DNA of 64,000 nucleotides from Alphaproteobacteria bacterium (GTDB lineage: Bacteria > Pseudomonadota > Alphaproteobacteria > UBA828). The DNA is taken from the NCBI GenBank assembly GCA_965237415.1, contig CBDEFM010000002.1:2592001-2656000 (forward strand), written 5' to 3'. Numbering within the stretch: the stretch's first letter is position 1; every line of letters begins with the position of its first letter. The notes under the pieces are model-generated. The model had not been told where the DNA came from. It saw only the letters and a list, made by a program, of their open reading frames with translations, and did no database searches. The translations under genes were made by a program, and so were the position numbers. This document shows positions 52,527-63,340 of the stretch, one piece after another.

Positions 52527-53662
52527 ATGCATACGTCTTCGAAAAGGTTGACCTTCCTATTCCTTGCGGGATTCATGCTCGCCGGATGCACGGCAGCGAG
52601 CATCAGCCCAAATTCGGGGGTCGAAAAGAGAGTGGACCACGCGGCAACCATCGTGCCGCTGATCGACGTGGCCCAGCGCACCGCCGAACTTGCCACGATC
52701 CCGGAAAACGAGAGACACCGCTGGTGCCAGTCATCTGTGGTGCGTGTGTATCTAACTCGCAAAGCAAGAATCCGGGGCCGGATAACGCATCAACGATCAA
52801 ACGCACAGTCGGCCGGAAACGCGCTTTTCGCCAACGTTGAAGCCTATTATGCCGGAAAAATGACGCCGCCAGAGAAATTCGCAACGCTCTCGTAAAGGGA
52901 TCGCGGATCGATGCCTTCACAATTCTTGTTCCTTATAGACCGCGTGGGCTAATCGGCTACAACGTAATGAACGAGCCAGCCTTCCAGGTCGCCAACTTCA
53001 TGGTACCGCTGGCGCACGCCTACCTCATTCTTAGAAAAGAATATCCCGGAGAACAGGAGCTCATCGCGGATGTCAAACGTTGGGGCGATGAATTATTCGA
53101 GGTAACTCGTCGTGCAAACGACGACTTTATCGGGCAATGGAGAGGCATTGACCGCCGTGCTCACATCGCAGCCGGCTGGGCATCTTGGGGAAACGCGGCG
53201 AACAATCGCGCCGCGTTAGAATACGCCTATCGTTATTACTTCCATGCCCTTACCGGCACCGGCAAGGGCGGCGCCGATCTGGTCTGGATCGACGTGCCCT
53301 GGACGGGAGGAACCCGTCTCTCTCACGTGAACGCAACGCTTCAGTCGGCGCTGGTCGCGGCCCATGCACTCCATCGATCGGGCGTTGGCGACGTCTACAC
53401 GGTTGCTCCAGCCGGCGGAACCCTGGTCGAAGGTATAGCGTGGTTCTGGGATGCATACGACAGCGAGCGCCCTCTTAACCTGGGCCACGAGCGGCACACT
53501 GGATCCAAAGGAGTCGGTTGGGTCGAGTTGTTCCTGCACGAATTTCCAGAGCATCCATCGGCTGCGGAGATGGAGGCCTGGCTCGACAACAAACGGCCTC
53601 TCTACGTTAACATGGGCGGCGGACCCACCACGTGCCTCTATCGCCGCGTTCCGCAGCGGTAA
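52527..53662 (+). pseudogene. Frameshifted lipoprotein with PL5 alginate-lyase-like alpha/alpha barrel (or a sequencing indel)
   Basis: Signal peptide with LAGC lipobox from ATG 52527. Adding one A to the A5 run at 52856-52860 joins it to the 52967-53662 frame with no intervening stop (GKNDAAREIRNAL...), giving about 378 aa. Confidence 0.65.
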
Positions 53663-53780
53663 CGCCCACCGTTCGCGAATTGACGCTGAAGCGCTGACGA
53701 AGCCTGCTGACGTAGCCGGGTAATGGGGTATGATCGCGCCCGCCGTTCGGCTCAGATCGGTGCCGCTAGCGAGGTTCCCC

Positions 53781-54053
53781 ATGAAGGTCAAAATCGAGAT
53801 CGACTGCACGCCGGAGGAGGCGCGGGCCTTCTTCGGGATGCCGGACCTGTCGGCGGCCCACGCCGCCATGGCCAAGGGCCTGGAAGCGCGGATCGCGGAG
53901 GCGATCGGCACCATCGATCCGGAGGCGCTGTTGAAATCCTGGCTTCCCGGCGGGCTCAAGGGCTTCGAGGCCATGCAGAAGGCCTTCTGGGAAGGTTTTG
54001 GGCAAGCCGGCGGCGGCGCACCCAAGGGCGGAGGCGGAGGCGGCGCGGGATGA
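53781..54053 (+). CDS. DUF6489-like small protein
   Basis: MKVKIEIDCTPEEARAFFGMPD signature. Confidence 0.8.
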   Translation: MKVKIEIDCTPEEARAFFGMPDLSAAHAAMAKGLEARIAEAIGTIDPEALLKSWLPGGLKGFEAMQKAFWEGFGQAGGGAPKGGGGGGAG

Positions 54054-54439
54054 GCCAAGCGGACCCGCCGCTCTACTACCGGCGCCATGTCTTCTGCTGC
54101 GTCAACACCCGCGCGCCCGGCCACCCGCGCGGCTGCTGCAGCGCGAAGGACTCCGTGAAGCTGCGCGCCCACATGAAGGCGCGCGCCAAGCAGCGCGGGC
54201 TTTCCGACGTGCGCATCAACGCGAGCCAATGTCTCGATCGCTGCGAATTCGGGCCGACCATGGTGGTCTATCCCGAGGGCGTCTGGTATGCGGTCAAGAC
54301 GGTGGCGGATGTGGACGAGATCATCGAGACTCACCTCGTGGGCGGCGGCCGGGTCGAGCGGCTGATGCTGATGCCGGACCAGCCGTTCCCCGACGAGGCC
54401 GGAGACACCGGCCGGGTGGCGGCAACCGCCGCCTCCTGA
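54050..54439 (+). CDS. Thioredoxin-like [2Fe-2S] ferredoxin
   Basis: HVFCCVN...CC...CLDRCEFGP..VVYPEGVWY. Confidence 0.9.
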   Translation: MSQADPPLYYRRHVFCCVNTRAPGHPRGCCSAKDSVKLRAHMKARAKQRGLSDVRINASQCLDRCEFGPTMVVYPEGVWYAVKTVADVDEIIETHLVGGGRVERLMLMPDQPFPDEAGDTGRVAATAAS

Positions 54440-54477
54440 CCCGGTGCCGGCACGCGGGCGGGCCGGCCGTACGAGAG

Positions 54478-55812
54478 ATGACTGGCGACACCATCTTCGC
54501 GCTGTCGAGCGGCGGTGGGCGCGCCGCCATCGCGGTGGTCCGCGTCTCAGGCCCCGCGGCACGAATGGCGCTTGCGGGAATTGGCGGCGAGCCGCTGCCC
54601 GAGCCACGCCAGGCTACGCTCCGGCGCTTCCGCCAACCGGAAACAGGCGAGCCCTTTGACTGCGGCCTTGCCCTCTGGCTCCCGGCACCCGGCAGCGCCA
54701 CCGGCGAGGACATGGCGGAATTCCACGTCCACGGTGGCCCTGCCGTCCTCAGCGCGCTGTTGGAGGCGCTCGGGGCACTTCCCGGCCTTCGTCCTGCCGA
54801 GCCAGGCGAGTTCACCCGCCGCGCCTTCGAGGCAGGCCGCCTCGACCTCACCGAGGCGGAGGGGATCGCCGACCTGGTGGCGGCCGAGACCGAGGCCCAG
54901 CGCCGCCAGGCGCTCGCCCAGATGGAAGGGGGGCTGCATCGCCTCTACGAGGGCTGGCGCGACCGGCTGATGGCGTTGAGGGCGCATGTCGAAGCCGCCA
55001 TCGATTTCTCGGACCAGGACTTAGGCGAGGACCCCATGGCGGCGGCGGCGCCGGACCTTGCGGCGCTGGAAGCCGAAATCGCGGCCCACCTCGACGATTC
55101 CCGGCGAGGCGAGCGCCTGCGCGAAGGCTTCGCCATCGCCATCGTGGGCGCACCAAATGCCGGAAAATCCAGTCTTCTCAATCGCTTAGCGGGACGAGAC
55201 GCAGCCATCGTCTCGACCCGCGCGGGCACAACCCGCGACGTGGTTGAGGTTCGTCTCGACCTCGCAGGCTGGCCCATCACCCTCGCCGACACCGCCGGCT
55301 TGCGCGAGAGCAGCGACGAGATCGAGAGCGAAGGCGTGCGCCGCGCGCTCGACCGTGCAGCGAGCGCCGATCTCTCGCTGGTCGTCTTTGACGGCGCTCT
55401 CTGGCCGGACGCCGACGCAGCGAGCCTTGCGATGCTGGGCGACGACGCGCTGGCGGTTCTGAACAAGACCGACCTCCTCTCAAGCCCTGTACCCGATCGC
55501 ATTGATAGACACGCGGCGCTTGGAGTCTCGTGCCTCACCGGCGCCGGCATCGAGGCGCTGCTGGAGACGCTCGTGGCGGAAATCGCGCAACGATACCCGG
55601 CAGGCGGCGCGCCAGTGCTCACCCGCACCCGGCACCGGCACGCCGTCGTGGAGTGCCGCGACGCGCTGACGCGTGCCCTCGCGGGGCCGGCCGACGAGCG
55701 GCTTGCCGAGGAGCTCCGGCTCGCGGCGCATGCGCTCGGCCGCATCACCGGCCGCGTCGATGTCGAGGCCGTGCTCGACCTCGTCTTCCGCGACTTCTGC
55801 ATTGGAAAGTAG
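54478..55812 (+). CDS. mnmE: tRNA modification GTPase MnmE
   Basis: DTIFALSS, GAPNAGKSS, GTTRD, DTAG and the terminal FCIGK. Confidence 0.97.
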   Translation: MTGDTIFALSSGGGRAAIAVVRVSGPAARMALAGIGGEPLPEPRQATLRRFRQPETGEPFDCGLALWLPAPGSATGEDMAEFHVHGGPAVLSALLEALGALPGLRPAEPGEFTRRAFEAGRLDLTEAEGIADLVAAETEAQRRQALAQMEGGLHRLYEGWRDRLMALRAHVEAAIDFSDQDLGEDPMAAAAPDLAALEAEIAAHLDDSRRGERLREGFAIAIVGAPNAGKSSLLNRLAGRDAAIVSTRAGTTRDVVEVRLDLAGWPITLADTAGLRESSDEIESEGVRRALDRAASADLSLVVFDGALWPDADAASLAMLGDDALAVLNKTDLLSSPVPDRIDRHAALGVSCLTGAGIEALLETLVAEIAQRYPAGGAPVLTRTRHRHAVVECRDALTRALAGPADERLAEELRLAAHALGRITGRVDVEAVLDLVFRDFCIGK

Positions 55813-55916
55813 CAGCGCACACGCGTGCTTGGTGCTTTACGAGCGGAGGCGTCTGCCCTATAGGGAGCGCCGTCTGAATGAGCCAGGCCGCAGACCGGGC
55901 GGCCGGGAGGGCGGCC

Positions 55917-57818
55917 ATGGGCCGCGAGCGTTTCGATGTGATCGTGATCGGGGGCGGCCACGCGGGATGCGAGGCCGCGGCAGCGGCCGCGCGCGTCGGC
56001 GCAGCGACCCTGCTTCTCACCCAGAAGCGCGAAACCATCGGCGCGATGTCGTGCAATCCAGCGATCGGCGGCCTCGCTAAGGGCACGCTCGTGCGGGAGG
56101 TGGACGCACTCGACGGGCTGATGGGCCGTATCGCCGACGAGGCGGGCATTCAGTTCCGCGTGCTCAATCGCAGCAAGGGCCCGGCGGTGCGCGGGCCCCG
56201 GGCGCAGCAGGACCGCGCGCTCTACCGCGCGGCCATGCAGGCGGCGCTCGACGCCCAGCCCAACCTGACGATCCGGGAGGGCACGGTCGAGGACCTGGCG
56301 CTTGACGCGTCGGCGCAGGCGCGGCCCTCCGTGCGCGGCGTGCTGCTGGGAGACGGCGAGTCCATTCAGGCCCCACGGGTGGTTCTCACCACCGGCACAT
56401 TCCTGCGCGGCCTCATTCATATAGGTGAGCGGCAGATCCCGGCGGGCCGTGTCGGCGACGCGCCAGCCACGGGCCTCGCGCTCGCCCTTGAGCGGCTGGG
56501 CTTCCGCCTCGGCCGGCTGAAGACCGGCACGCCGCCCCGCCTCGACGGCCGAACCATCGACTGGGCCGCGCTGGAAGCGCAGGAGGGCGACGAGCCGCCC
56601 GAGCCCTTCTCCTTCCTCACCGCCGCGATCACGCGGGCGCAGGTGCCCTGTCACATCACCGCCACGGGGCCTGAGGGCCACGACCTCATTCGCCGCAACC
56701 TCGCGCGCTCGCCCATTTATTCCGGTGCGATCGAGAGCCGGGGCCCCCGCTACTGCCCCTCGATCGAGGACAAGGTGGTACGCTTCGCGGGCCGCTCCTC
56801 TCACCAGATTTTCCTTGAGCCGGAAGGACTTGACGACCATACGGTCTATCCCAACGGGATCTCGACCGCGCTGCCGGAGGACGTGCAGCGGGCGCTGGTG
56901 GCGACGATTCCGGGGCTGGAGCGGGCGGCGGTGCTCAGGCCCGGCTACGCCATCGAGTACGACCACGTGGACCCGCGCGAGCTAGGCCCGGCGCTGGAAA
57001 CGGCACGCATCGCAGGCCTCTATCTCGCCGGCCAGATCAACGGCACCACGGGCTACGAGGAGGCCGCAGCCCAAGGCATCGTCGCCGGCATCAACGCCGC
57101 GCGGGCGGCCGGTGGCGGCGGGCCGTTCACGCTCGACCGCGCCGATGGCTATATCGGCGTGCTGATCGACGATCTCATCACCCAAGGGGTGAGCGAGCCC
57201 TACCGAATGTTCTCTTCGCGCGCCGAGTACCGCTTGAGGCTCAGGCCCGACAATGCCGACCGGCGCCTCACGGCACGCGGCATCGAGGCGGGCTGCGTGG
57301 GGAGCGAGCGGTCGCGGCGCTTTGCCGTCAAGAGCGCGGCGCTGGAACAGGCCGAGCACCTGCTCGACTCGCTCGACGCCACGCCAGATGCGCTGCGCCG
57401 CCACGGCATCCCGGCGAACCGGGACGGGCGCAGGCGCTCTGCCCGCGATCTGATCGGCTATCCGTCCGTGACCCTGGAGCAACTCGCGGCGCTCTGGCCG
57501 GCGCTGGGAACGCGGGAGCCTGAGATCGTCGCCGCGCTGGAGAACGACGCCCACTACCGGGGATATGTGAAGCGGCAGGAGGCGGACATCGCGGCCTTCC
57601 GCCGGGACGAAGCGCTCAGACTGCCGGGGGATCTCCGCTTCGAGCTGGTGGGCGGCCTTTCCTACGAGATGCGCCAGCGTCTTTCAGCCGCGCGGCCTGC
57701 GACGCTCGGTGCGGCAGGGCGTGTACCGGGGGTGACACCGGCGGCGCTGACGGCGCTGCTCGCCCACGTGCGCAAGACCCATACCCGCGAGTCCGCGGCG
57801 GAGGCCGGGCGCGGCTAG
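55917..57818 (+). CDS. mnmG: tRNA uridine modification enzyme MnmG (GidA)
   Basis: [45 protein letters not shown]. Confidence 0.98.
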   Translation: MGRERFDVIVIGGGHAGCEAAAAAARVGAATLLLTQKRETIGAMSCNPAIGGLAKGTLVREVDALDGLMGRIADEAGIQFRVLNRSKGPAVRGPRAQQDRALYRAAMQAALDAQPNLTIREGTVEDLALDASAQARPSVRGVLLGDGESIQAPRVVLTTGTFLRGLIHIGERQIPAGRVGDAPATGLALALERLGFRLGRLKTGTPPRLDGRTIDWAALEAQEGDEPPEPFSFLTAAITRAQVPCHITATGPEGHDLIRRNLARSPIYSGAIESRGPRYCPSIEDKVVRFAGRSSHQIFLEPEGLDDHTVYPNGISTALPEDVQRALVATIPGLERAAVLRPGYAIEYDHVDPRELGPALETARIAGLYLAGQINGTTGYEEAAAQGIVAGINAARAAGGGGPFTLDRADGYIGVLIDDLITQGVSEPYRMFSSRAEYRLRLRPDNADRRLTARGIEAGCVGSERSRRFAVKSAALEQAEHLLDSLDATPDALRRHGIPANRDGRRRSARDLIGYPSVTLEQLAALWPALGTREPEIVAALENDAHYRGYVKRQEADIAAFRRDEALRLPGDLRFELVGGLSYEMRQRLSAARPATLGAAGRVPGVTPAALTALLAHVRKTHTRESAAEAGRG

Positions 57819-57823
57819 GTCGA

Positions 57824-58450
57824 ATGGAGCCGGGCGAGGCCTTCCGGCGCGATGTTTCACGTGAAACACGCGAACGGCTCGAAATCTACGAATCCCTCCT
57901 CCGGCGCCGGCAGCAGCATACGAACCTGGTCTCGGCCGCCTCGCTGCCCGCGCTCTGGACCCGCCACTTCCTCGATTCGGCGCAACTCGCCCCCCTGCTC
58001 GCCGACGACGCAACGGGCCACACCGTCGATGTCGGCAGCGGCGCGGGTTTTCCGGGCATGGTGCTAGCGATCATGGAGAGAGACCGCCACGTCACTCTGG
58101 TCGAGGCCAACGGCAAGCGCTGCGCCTTCCTGCGCGAGGTCGCAGATGCCACCGGCACCGCAGTCTCCGTCATCGAGGGCCGGCTCGAGGCGCCGGAGGT
58201 TCTGGCGGAACTCGCGCCGGTCGGCACGATTGTCGCCCGCGCCTGCGCGCCGTTGGTCGAATTGCTAGGTCTTGTTTTCCCTGTGTTAGCACCCCATACA
58301 TATTGTATATTCCCGAAGGGGCGCCGCTACCGAAGTGAGTTGGAGGAAGCTCGCCGCCGCTGGGATTTCCGGGCAGACATCGTCCCCAGCCGCACCGCGG
58401 CGGAGGCGCGCATATTGAGGATCAGCGATGTCGAACGCCACCGTTCTTAA
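57824..58450 (+). CDS. rsmG: 16S rRNA m7G527 methyltransferase RsmG (GidB)
   Basis: NLVS, RHFLDSAQL, DVGSGAGFPG, ARA, PKG. Confidence 0.95.
   Translation: MEPGEAFRRDVSRETRERLEIYESLLRRRQQHTNLVSAASLPALWTRHFLDSAQLAPLLADDATGHTVDVGSGAGFPGMVLAIMERDRHVTLVEANGKRCAFLREVADATGTAVSVIEGRLEAPEVLAELAPVGTIVARACAPLVELLGLVFPVLAPHTYCIFPKGRRYRSELEEARRRWDFRADIVPSRTAAEARILRISDVERHRS
57853..57868. promoter_or_regulatory. parS centromere site (ParB loading)
   Basis: Perfect 16-bp palindrome TGTTTCACGTGAAACA, the consensus parS, about 560 bp upstream of parA. Confidence 0.93.
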
Positions 58451-59306
58451 GTCCGGAGTGCCCAGCACGCCGGCCGCACAGGCTCCGCGCGCCGAGGCGG
58501 GGCGGCCTCGGATCATCGCGGTCGCGAACCAGAAGGGCGGCGTCGGCAAGACCACCACCGCCATCAATCTGGGCACGGCGCTCGCCGCTGCCGGGCGTCC
58601 GGTGCTGCTCCTCGACCTCGACCCGCAGGGGAACGCCAGCACCGGCCTCGGCATCCCGCAGGCGGAACGCGTGCCGGGCAGTTACGGGCTGCTTCAGGGC
58701 GCATCATTCGATGAAATTGTGCGCAAGACGCCCGTTCCGGGCTTGACCGTCCTGCCGGCGACCCGCGACCTCGCGGCTGCCGAGATCGAACTATCCCAGA
58801 GCCCACGCCCCCAGCACTGCCTCCAGGAGGCGCTAGCGCCGGCGCTCGCCCAAAGCGGAACGCTCGGCAGCGGGCTCGGCTATGTGCTGATCGACTGCCC
58901 GCCTTCGCTCGGCATGTTGACGATCAATGCCCTCGTCGCGGCCGACTCGGTTCTGGTGCCGCTCCAATGCGAGTTCCTGGCGCTGGAGGGGCTGAGCCAG
59001 GTGCTCAGCATCGTCGACCGCGTGCGCACCGCCTTCAATCCCGCGCTTCGCGTCCAGGGCATCGTGCTGACCATGTACGACAAGCGGAACAACCTCTCCG
59101 CCCAGGTGCGCGACGATGTGCGGACCCATCTGGGCGATGCGGTGTACGACACGATCATCCCGCGCAATGTGCGGGTCTCCGAGGCGCCGTCCTACGGCGT
59201 GCCCGTCCTACTCCACGATTTCCGCTGCCCCGGCGCCCAGGCCTACGCTCATCTCGCGGGCGAGATGCTCCGGCGCGAGCGAAGCATGAAGGAGAGCGCT
59301 GCATGA
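58428..59306 (+). CDS. parA: Chromosome partitioning ATPase ParA
   Basis: NQKGGVGKTTT, DLDPQGNA, IDCPPSLG, IPRNVRVSEAPS. Confidence 0.96.
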   Translation: MSNATVLKSGVPSTPAAQAPRAEAGRPRIIAVANQKGGVGKTTTAINLGTALAAAGRPVLLLDLDPQGNASTGLGIPQAERVPGSYGLLQGASFDEIVRKTPVPGLTVLPATRDLAAAEIELSQSPRPQHCLQEALAPALAQSGTLGSGLGYVLIDCPPSLGMLTINALVAADSVLVPLQCEFLALEGLSQVLSIVDRVRTAFNPALRVQGIVLTMYDKRNNLSAQVRDDVRTHLGDAVYDTIIPRNVRVSEAPSYGVPVLLHDFRCPGAQAYAHLAGEMLRRERSMKESAA

Positions 59307-60196
59307 CACCCGACGCGAGCGGTCAGCCGCGTCAGCGCGGCCTCGGCAAGGGCCTTGCCGCCCTCCTCGGCGAAACCATGGAGCCGGGGACGCTCGGCGG
59401 GCGGGAGGGGGCGCTGCTCTCAATCCCGATCGAGCACCTGGCGCCACATCCCAATCAACCGCGCCAACACTTCGACGAGGCCGAGATCGAGAGCCTGGCC
59501 GCCTCGATCCGCGAGAAGGGCATCGTCCAGCCTTTGGTGGTGCGGCCGGGCGACGACGGCGCGCCTTACCAAATCGTCGCCGGCGAACGTCGCTGGCGGG
59601 CGGCGCAGCGGGCAGGCCTCCACGAACTGCCGGCGGTGGTCCGCCACCTGAGCGAGGCCGAGAGTATCGAAATCGCGCTCGTCGAGAACCTTCAGCGCCG
59701 CGATCTGAACCCGCTGGAGGAAGCCAGTGCCTACCGGCGCCTTATTCGGGACTTCGACCACCGCCAGGAGGATGTCGCGACCGCGCTCGGCAAGTCGCGC
59801 AGCCATGTCGCCAACACGGTGCGCCTCCTCGATCTCCCCGAGAAGGTGAAGGCGCTCGTCGACGATGGCACGCTGAGCGCCGGCCACGGCCGGGCCTTGC
59901 TCGCAGCCGCCGATCCTGCAGCGCTTTCGGGCACGGTGGTGCGCTTAGGGCTTACCGTGCGTCAGACCGAGGCCCTGGTGCGCCGCGCCGGGGAGGGGCG
60001 CACCGGCCGGACGAGGCCCCCGACGTCCGACCCCAACCTCAAGGCGCTGCAGAACGACCTCAGCCGCGCGCTCGGACTCAAGGTGACCATCGACCCCGCT
60101 GCGCGCGGCGCCGGCGGTCGCATGACGATCGCCTACAAGGAGCCGGAGCAGCTCGACGCGCTCATCGGGCGTCTGCGGGCGCCCTCGGAGTCCTGA
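59303..60196 (+). CDS. parB: Chromosome partitioning CTPase ParB
   Basis: RGLGKGLAAL, QPR, AGERRWRA, ENLQR, HTH GKSRSHVAN. Confidence 0.96.
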   Translation: MTPDASGQPRQRGLGKGLAALLGETMEPGTLGGREGALLSIPIEHLAPHPNQPRQHFDEAEIESLAASIREKGIVQPLVVRPGDDGAPYQIVAGERRWRAAQRAGLHELPAVVRHLSEAESIEIALVENLQRRDLNPLEEASAYRRLIRDFDHRQEDVATALGKSRSHVANTVRLLDLPEKVKALVDDGTLSAGHGRALLAAADPAALSGTVVRLGLTVRQTEALVRRAGEGRTGRTRPPTSDPNLKALQNDLSRALGLKVTIDPAARGAGGRMTIAYKEPEQLDALIGRLRAPSES

Positions 60197-60631
60197 GTCG
60201 CGATAGGCTAGCGCCATGGATTGATTCCGCATTTATCCGTTTATGTCAGAGGCTTGTGCGCCTGCCCTCAAGACAGCATGTCTTGCTAACTATATTGGCA
60301 ATTCGCGGCCTGCGGCACGAGCATCGCGCCGGGATTTCTATTAGCATAGCATGTGTATTTGGGCGTCCGTCAGCCCGAAGCGCCGCGCATAACCCGTATT
60401 TCTTACCAGGGTCCCGGCCCCTCCCCTCCCGACTCACCGGACCATGGTGCGAAGCGGGGCGTGCGGCTTCTGCGCCAGGATCGGGCAATGTGCCGATCAT
60501 ATTCCCGCGCGCGTATCCGCGCGCCGCAGCGCGAGAGCAGGCGGGCCAAGGCAGACGGAGTGCGCGGGCGAGCGCGAACCTGTTTCGCGCCCGCGACCCT
60601 GCTGTGGCGCGTGCGCGACCTTGCCCCGCGG

Positions 60632-60666
60632 AATCCCACTTATCCCACTTAATCCCGGCGAATCCC
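60632..60666. repeat. Four phased (A/T)ATCCC direct repeats
   Basis: AATCCCACT-TATCCCACTT-AATCCCGGCG-AATCCC; the ATCCC cores start at 60633, 60642, 60652 and 60662. Confidence 0.65.
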
Positions 60667-60734
60667 GCTCGAAATTTAGATCCTGCCCGGAGCGGATGGC
60701 GGAACCCCACCGCGACCGTGGCGAGAAATACGGG

Positions 60735-61991
60735 TCAGGTATTCATCGAGGCAAAGAAATCCTCGTTGGTCTTGGTCGTCTTGAGCTTGTCGACCAGGAA
60801 CTCCATAGCGTCCACCGTGCCCATGGGCGAGAGGATGCGGCGCAGCACCCACATCTTGGCGAGCGTCGCCCGGTCGACCAGCAGTTCCTCCTTGCGGGTG
60901 CCGGAGCGCGCTATGTCCATGCTGGGCCAGGTCCGCTTGTCGGCAAGCTTGCGGTCCAGGATGATCTCGGAGTTGCCGGTGCCCTTGAACTCTTCGAAGA
61001 TCACCTCGTCCATGCGCGAGCCGGTGTCGATCAGCGCCGTCGCAATGATCGTAAGCGAGCCGCCGAACTCGATATTGCGGGCCGCGCCGAAAAAGCGCTT
61101 GGGCCGCTGCAGCGCGTTGGCATCCACGCCGCCGGTCAGCACCTTGCCGGACGACGGCACCACCGTGTTGTAGGCGCGCGCCAAGCGGGTGATCGAATCC
61201 AGCAGGATCACGACGTCCCGCTTGTGCTCCACCAGCCTCTTGGCCTTCTCGATCACCATCTCCGCCACCTGGACGTGGCGCGAGGCCGGCTCGTCGAAAG
61301 TCGAGCTCACCACCTCGCCCTTCACCGAGCGGTCCATGTCGGTGACCTCCTCGGGCCGCTCGTCCACCAGCAGCACGATGAGATAGGCCTCGGGGTGGTT
61401 CTCCTCAATCGAGTGCGCGATGTTCTGCAGCATCATGGTCTTGCCGGTGCGCGGCGGGGCCACGATCAGCGCACGCTGCCCCTTACCGAGCGGGGCCACG
61501 ATGTCGAGGATGCGGCTCGTGGTGTCCTTCCGCGCCGGGTCGGCGACTTCCATGCTGAAGCGCTGCTCGGGGTAGAGCGGCGTCAGATTGTCGAAATTGA
61601 CCTTGTGGCGGAGGTTCTCCGGCGGGTCGAAATTGATGTTGTTGAGCTTGAGCAGGGCGAAATAGCGCTCTCCATCCCGCGGCGAGCGAATCTGGCCCTC
61701 CAGCGTGTCGCCCGTGCGGAGGCCGAAGCGGCGGATCTGGCTGGGGCTGACATAAATATCGTCGGGGCCAGGCAGATAGTTGGATTCCGGCGAGCGCAGA
61801 AAGCCGAATCCGTCCTGCAGGGTTTCCAGCACGCCCGAGCCGAAGATCGCCTGATCGTTCTCGGCAAGTTGCCGCAGTATCGCAAACATCAGGTCTTGCC
61901 GGCGCATCGAGTTCGCGTTCTCGATCTCGAGCTCCTCGGCGTAATCGATCAGTTGAGTCGGGGTCTGGGTCTTGAGTTCTTGCAGATGCAT
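60735..61991 (-). CDS. rho: Transcription termination factor Rho
   Basis: [36 protein letters not shown]; 418 aa. Confidence 0.98.
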   Translation of the reverse strand: MHLQELKTQTPTQLIDYAEELEIENANSMRRQDLMFAILRQLAENDQAIFGSGVLETLQDGFGFLRSPESNYLPGPDDIYVSPSQIRRFGLRTGDTLEGQIRSPRDGERYFALLKLNNINFDPPENLRHKVNFDNLTPLYPEQRFSMEVADPARKDTTSRILDIVAPLGKGQRALIVAPPRTGKTMMLQNIAHSIEENHPEAYLIVLLVDERPEEVTDMDRSVKGEVVSSTFDEPASRHVQVAEMVIEKAKRLVEHKRDVVILLDSITRLARAYNTVVPSSGKVLTGGVDANALQRPKRFFGAARNIEFGGSLTIIATALIDTGSRMDEVIFEEFKGTGNSEIILDRKLADKRTWPSMDIARSGTRKEELLVDRATLAKMWVLRRILSPMGTVDAMEFLVDKLKTTKTNEDFFASMNT

Positions 61992-62201
61992 GGCGGGAGC
62001 TGCCGTTGTGGACGGGGAACCGCACCGCCGGACGGCGGCACGTGAAGGGCGCAAACCTGGTGAGGGCGGCGAGCGGCTATTTGCGAGAGAATGCGCCGAC
62101 GGCGGGCAGGAGCCCCGCCCGCTGCGGCGGACGCGTGTCTTACCCTATCGGGTGCCGTTCCGCCGTGTCAAACGAAGATTCCATGGCGGTATTCGCAGCA
62201 C

Positions 62202-63320
62202 TCATGGCCTCACGGCGGCGTCCGTCAGGGGTGGCTTGAACTGCTTGGCGAGCGCCAGCCCCTGGCGCTGGTAGGAGGAGCCGATACCGTGTCCGTAAAG
62301 CTCCGCCGGGCGTTCGGTCAACGGCTCGAAGAGAAGCCGGCCAATTGTCTGGCCGTCCTCGATCATGAACGGCACGTCGTGGGAGCGGACTTCGAGGACC
62401 GCCCGCGTGCCGCCGCCACCGGCTTCATCATGCCCGAAACCGGGATCGAAGAAGCCCGCGTAATGCGCGCGAAACTCGCCGACCAGTGTGTCGTACGCCA
62501 CCATCTCAGCGGCGTGGTCCGGGGGAATCCGAACCGACTCCTTCGAAGCCAGGATGTAGAAGTCGTCCGGATTCAGGATCACGCCGCCAACGCTCGGCCG
62601 CGCGATCGGCTCCCAGAAGTCGGCGGGTATGTAGCGGCCGACTTCGTCGAGGTCGATCAGGTCGGTGTGGCGCTTCGCCTTCCAGCCGACGAGGCCGCCG
62701 CCGCCGCCAGCAAGATCGACAGAGAGCGGCAGGCCACCGGCAAAGCCGCCGCGCGCAACCTCTCCCTCGATCAGGCGCCGTTCTGCGTGCAGGCGCTCGA
62801 GCGCACCTTCGGAATAGCCGGGCGCCCCACGCTTGAAGCGTATCTGATTGAGCCGGCTTCCCGCGCGCACCACGATGCTGAAGGTGCGGGGCGAGACCTC
62901 GGCGTAGAGCGGCCCCCGGAAGCCGGCTTGCGCCCGGTCGAACTCGTGCGCCTCGTCGGCGATGAGCCGGGTGAAGATGTCGAGCCGCCCGGTGGAGCTC
63001 TTGGGGTTGGCGTGCGCCGAGACGTCAGGCGCGAGCGCGAGGCTCTCCATCAGCGGGACGATGTAGACGCAGCCACGCTCCAGCACGGCGCCAGGCGCGA
63101 GGTCGACCTCGTGCATGCCTAAACGCTCGATCTTCGCGCGGACGCTCTCGCGGCCCGGCAGGAAGCTCGCACGTACCCTGTACGCGGTTGGCCCCAGCCT
63201 GAGATCGAGGCTCGCCGGCTGTATCTGGCCCGTCCCGATAGGCACCGCCGCGTCGACCCCGCCCTCAGCGATCAACACGGCGATCGCCGTGCTTGAGAGG
63301 ATCCCAGCTCGCTCAGCCAT
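62202..63320 (-). CDS. dcd: dCTP deaminase, long alphaproteobacterial form
   Basis: QIQPASLDLRLG, ANPKSSTGRLD, HYAGFFDPGFG. Confidence 0.9.
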   Translation of the reverse strand: MAERAGILSSTAIAVLIAEGGVDAAVPIGTGQIQPASLDLRLGPTAYRVRASFLPGRESVRAKIERLGMHEVDLAPGAVLERGCVYIVPLMESLALAPDVSAHANPKSSTGRLDIFTRLIADEAHEFDRAQAGFRGPLYAEVSPRTFSIVVRAGSRLNQIRFKRGAPGYSEGALERLHAERRLIEGEVARGGFAGGLPLSVDLAGGGGGLVGWKAKRHTDLIDLDEVGRYIPADFWEPIARPSVGGVILNPDDFYILASKESVRIPPDHAAEMVAYDTLVGEFRAHYAGFFDPGFGHDEAGGGGTRAVLEVRSHDVPFMIEDGQTIGRLLFEPLTERPAELYGHGIGSSYQRQGLALAKQFKPPLTDAAVRP

Positions 63321-63340
63321 TGTTCACGCTCCTCGCCGGC

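Noticed and set aside
60197-60734. oriC in the parB-rho gap
   Set aside because: No TTATCCACA DnaA boxes or TTAA-N7-TTAA CtrA sites were seen; alphaproteobacterial oriC is expected upstream of hemE, outside the window.
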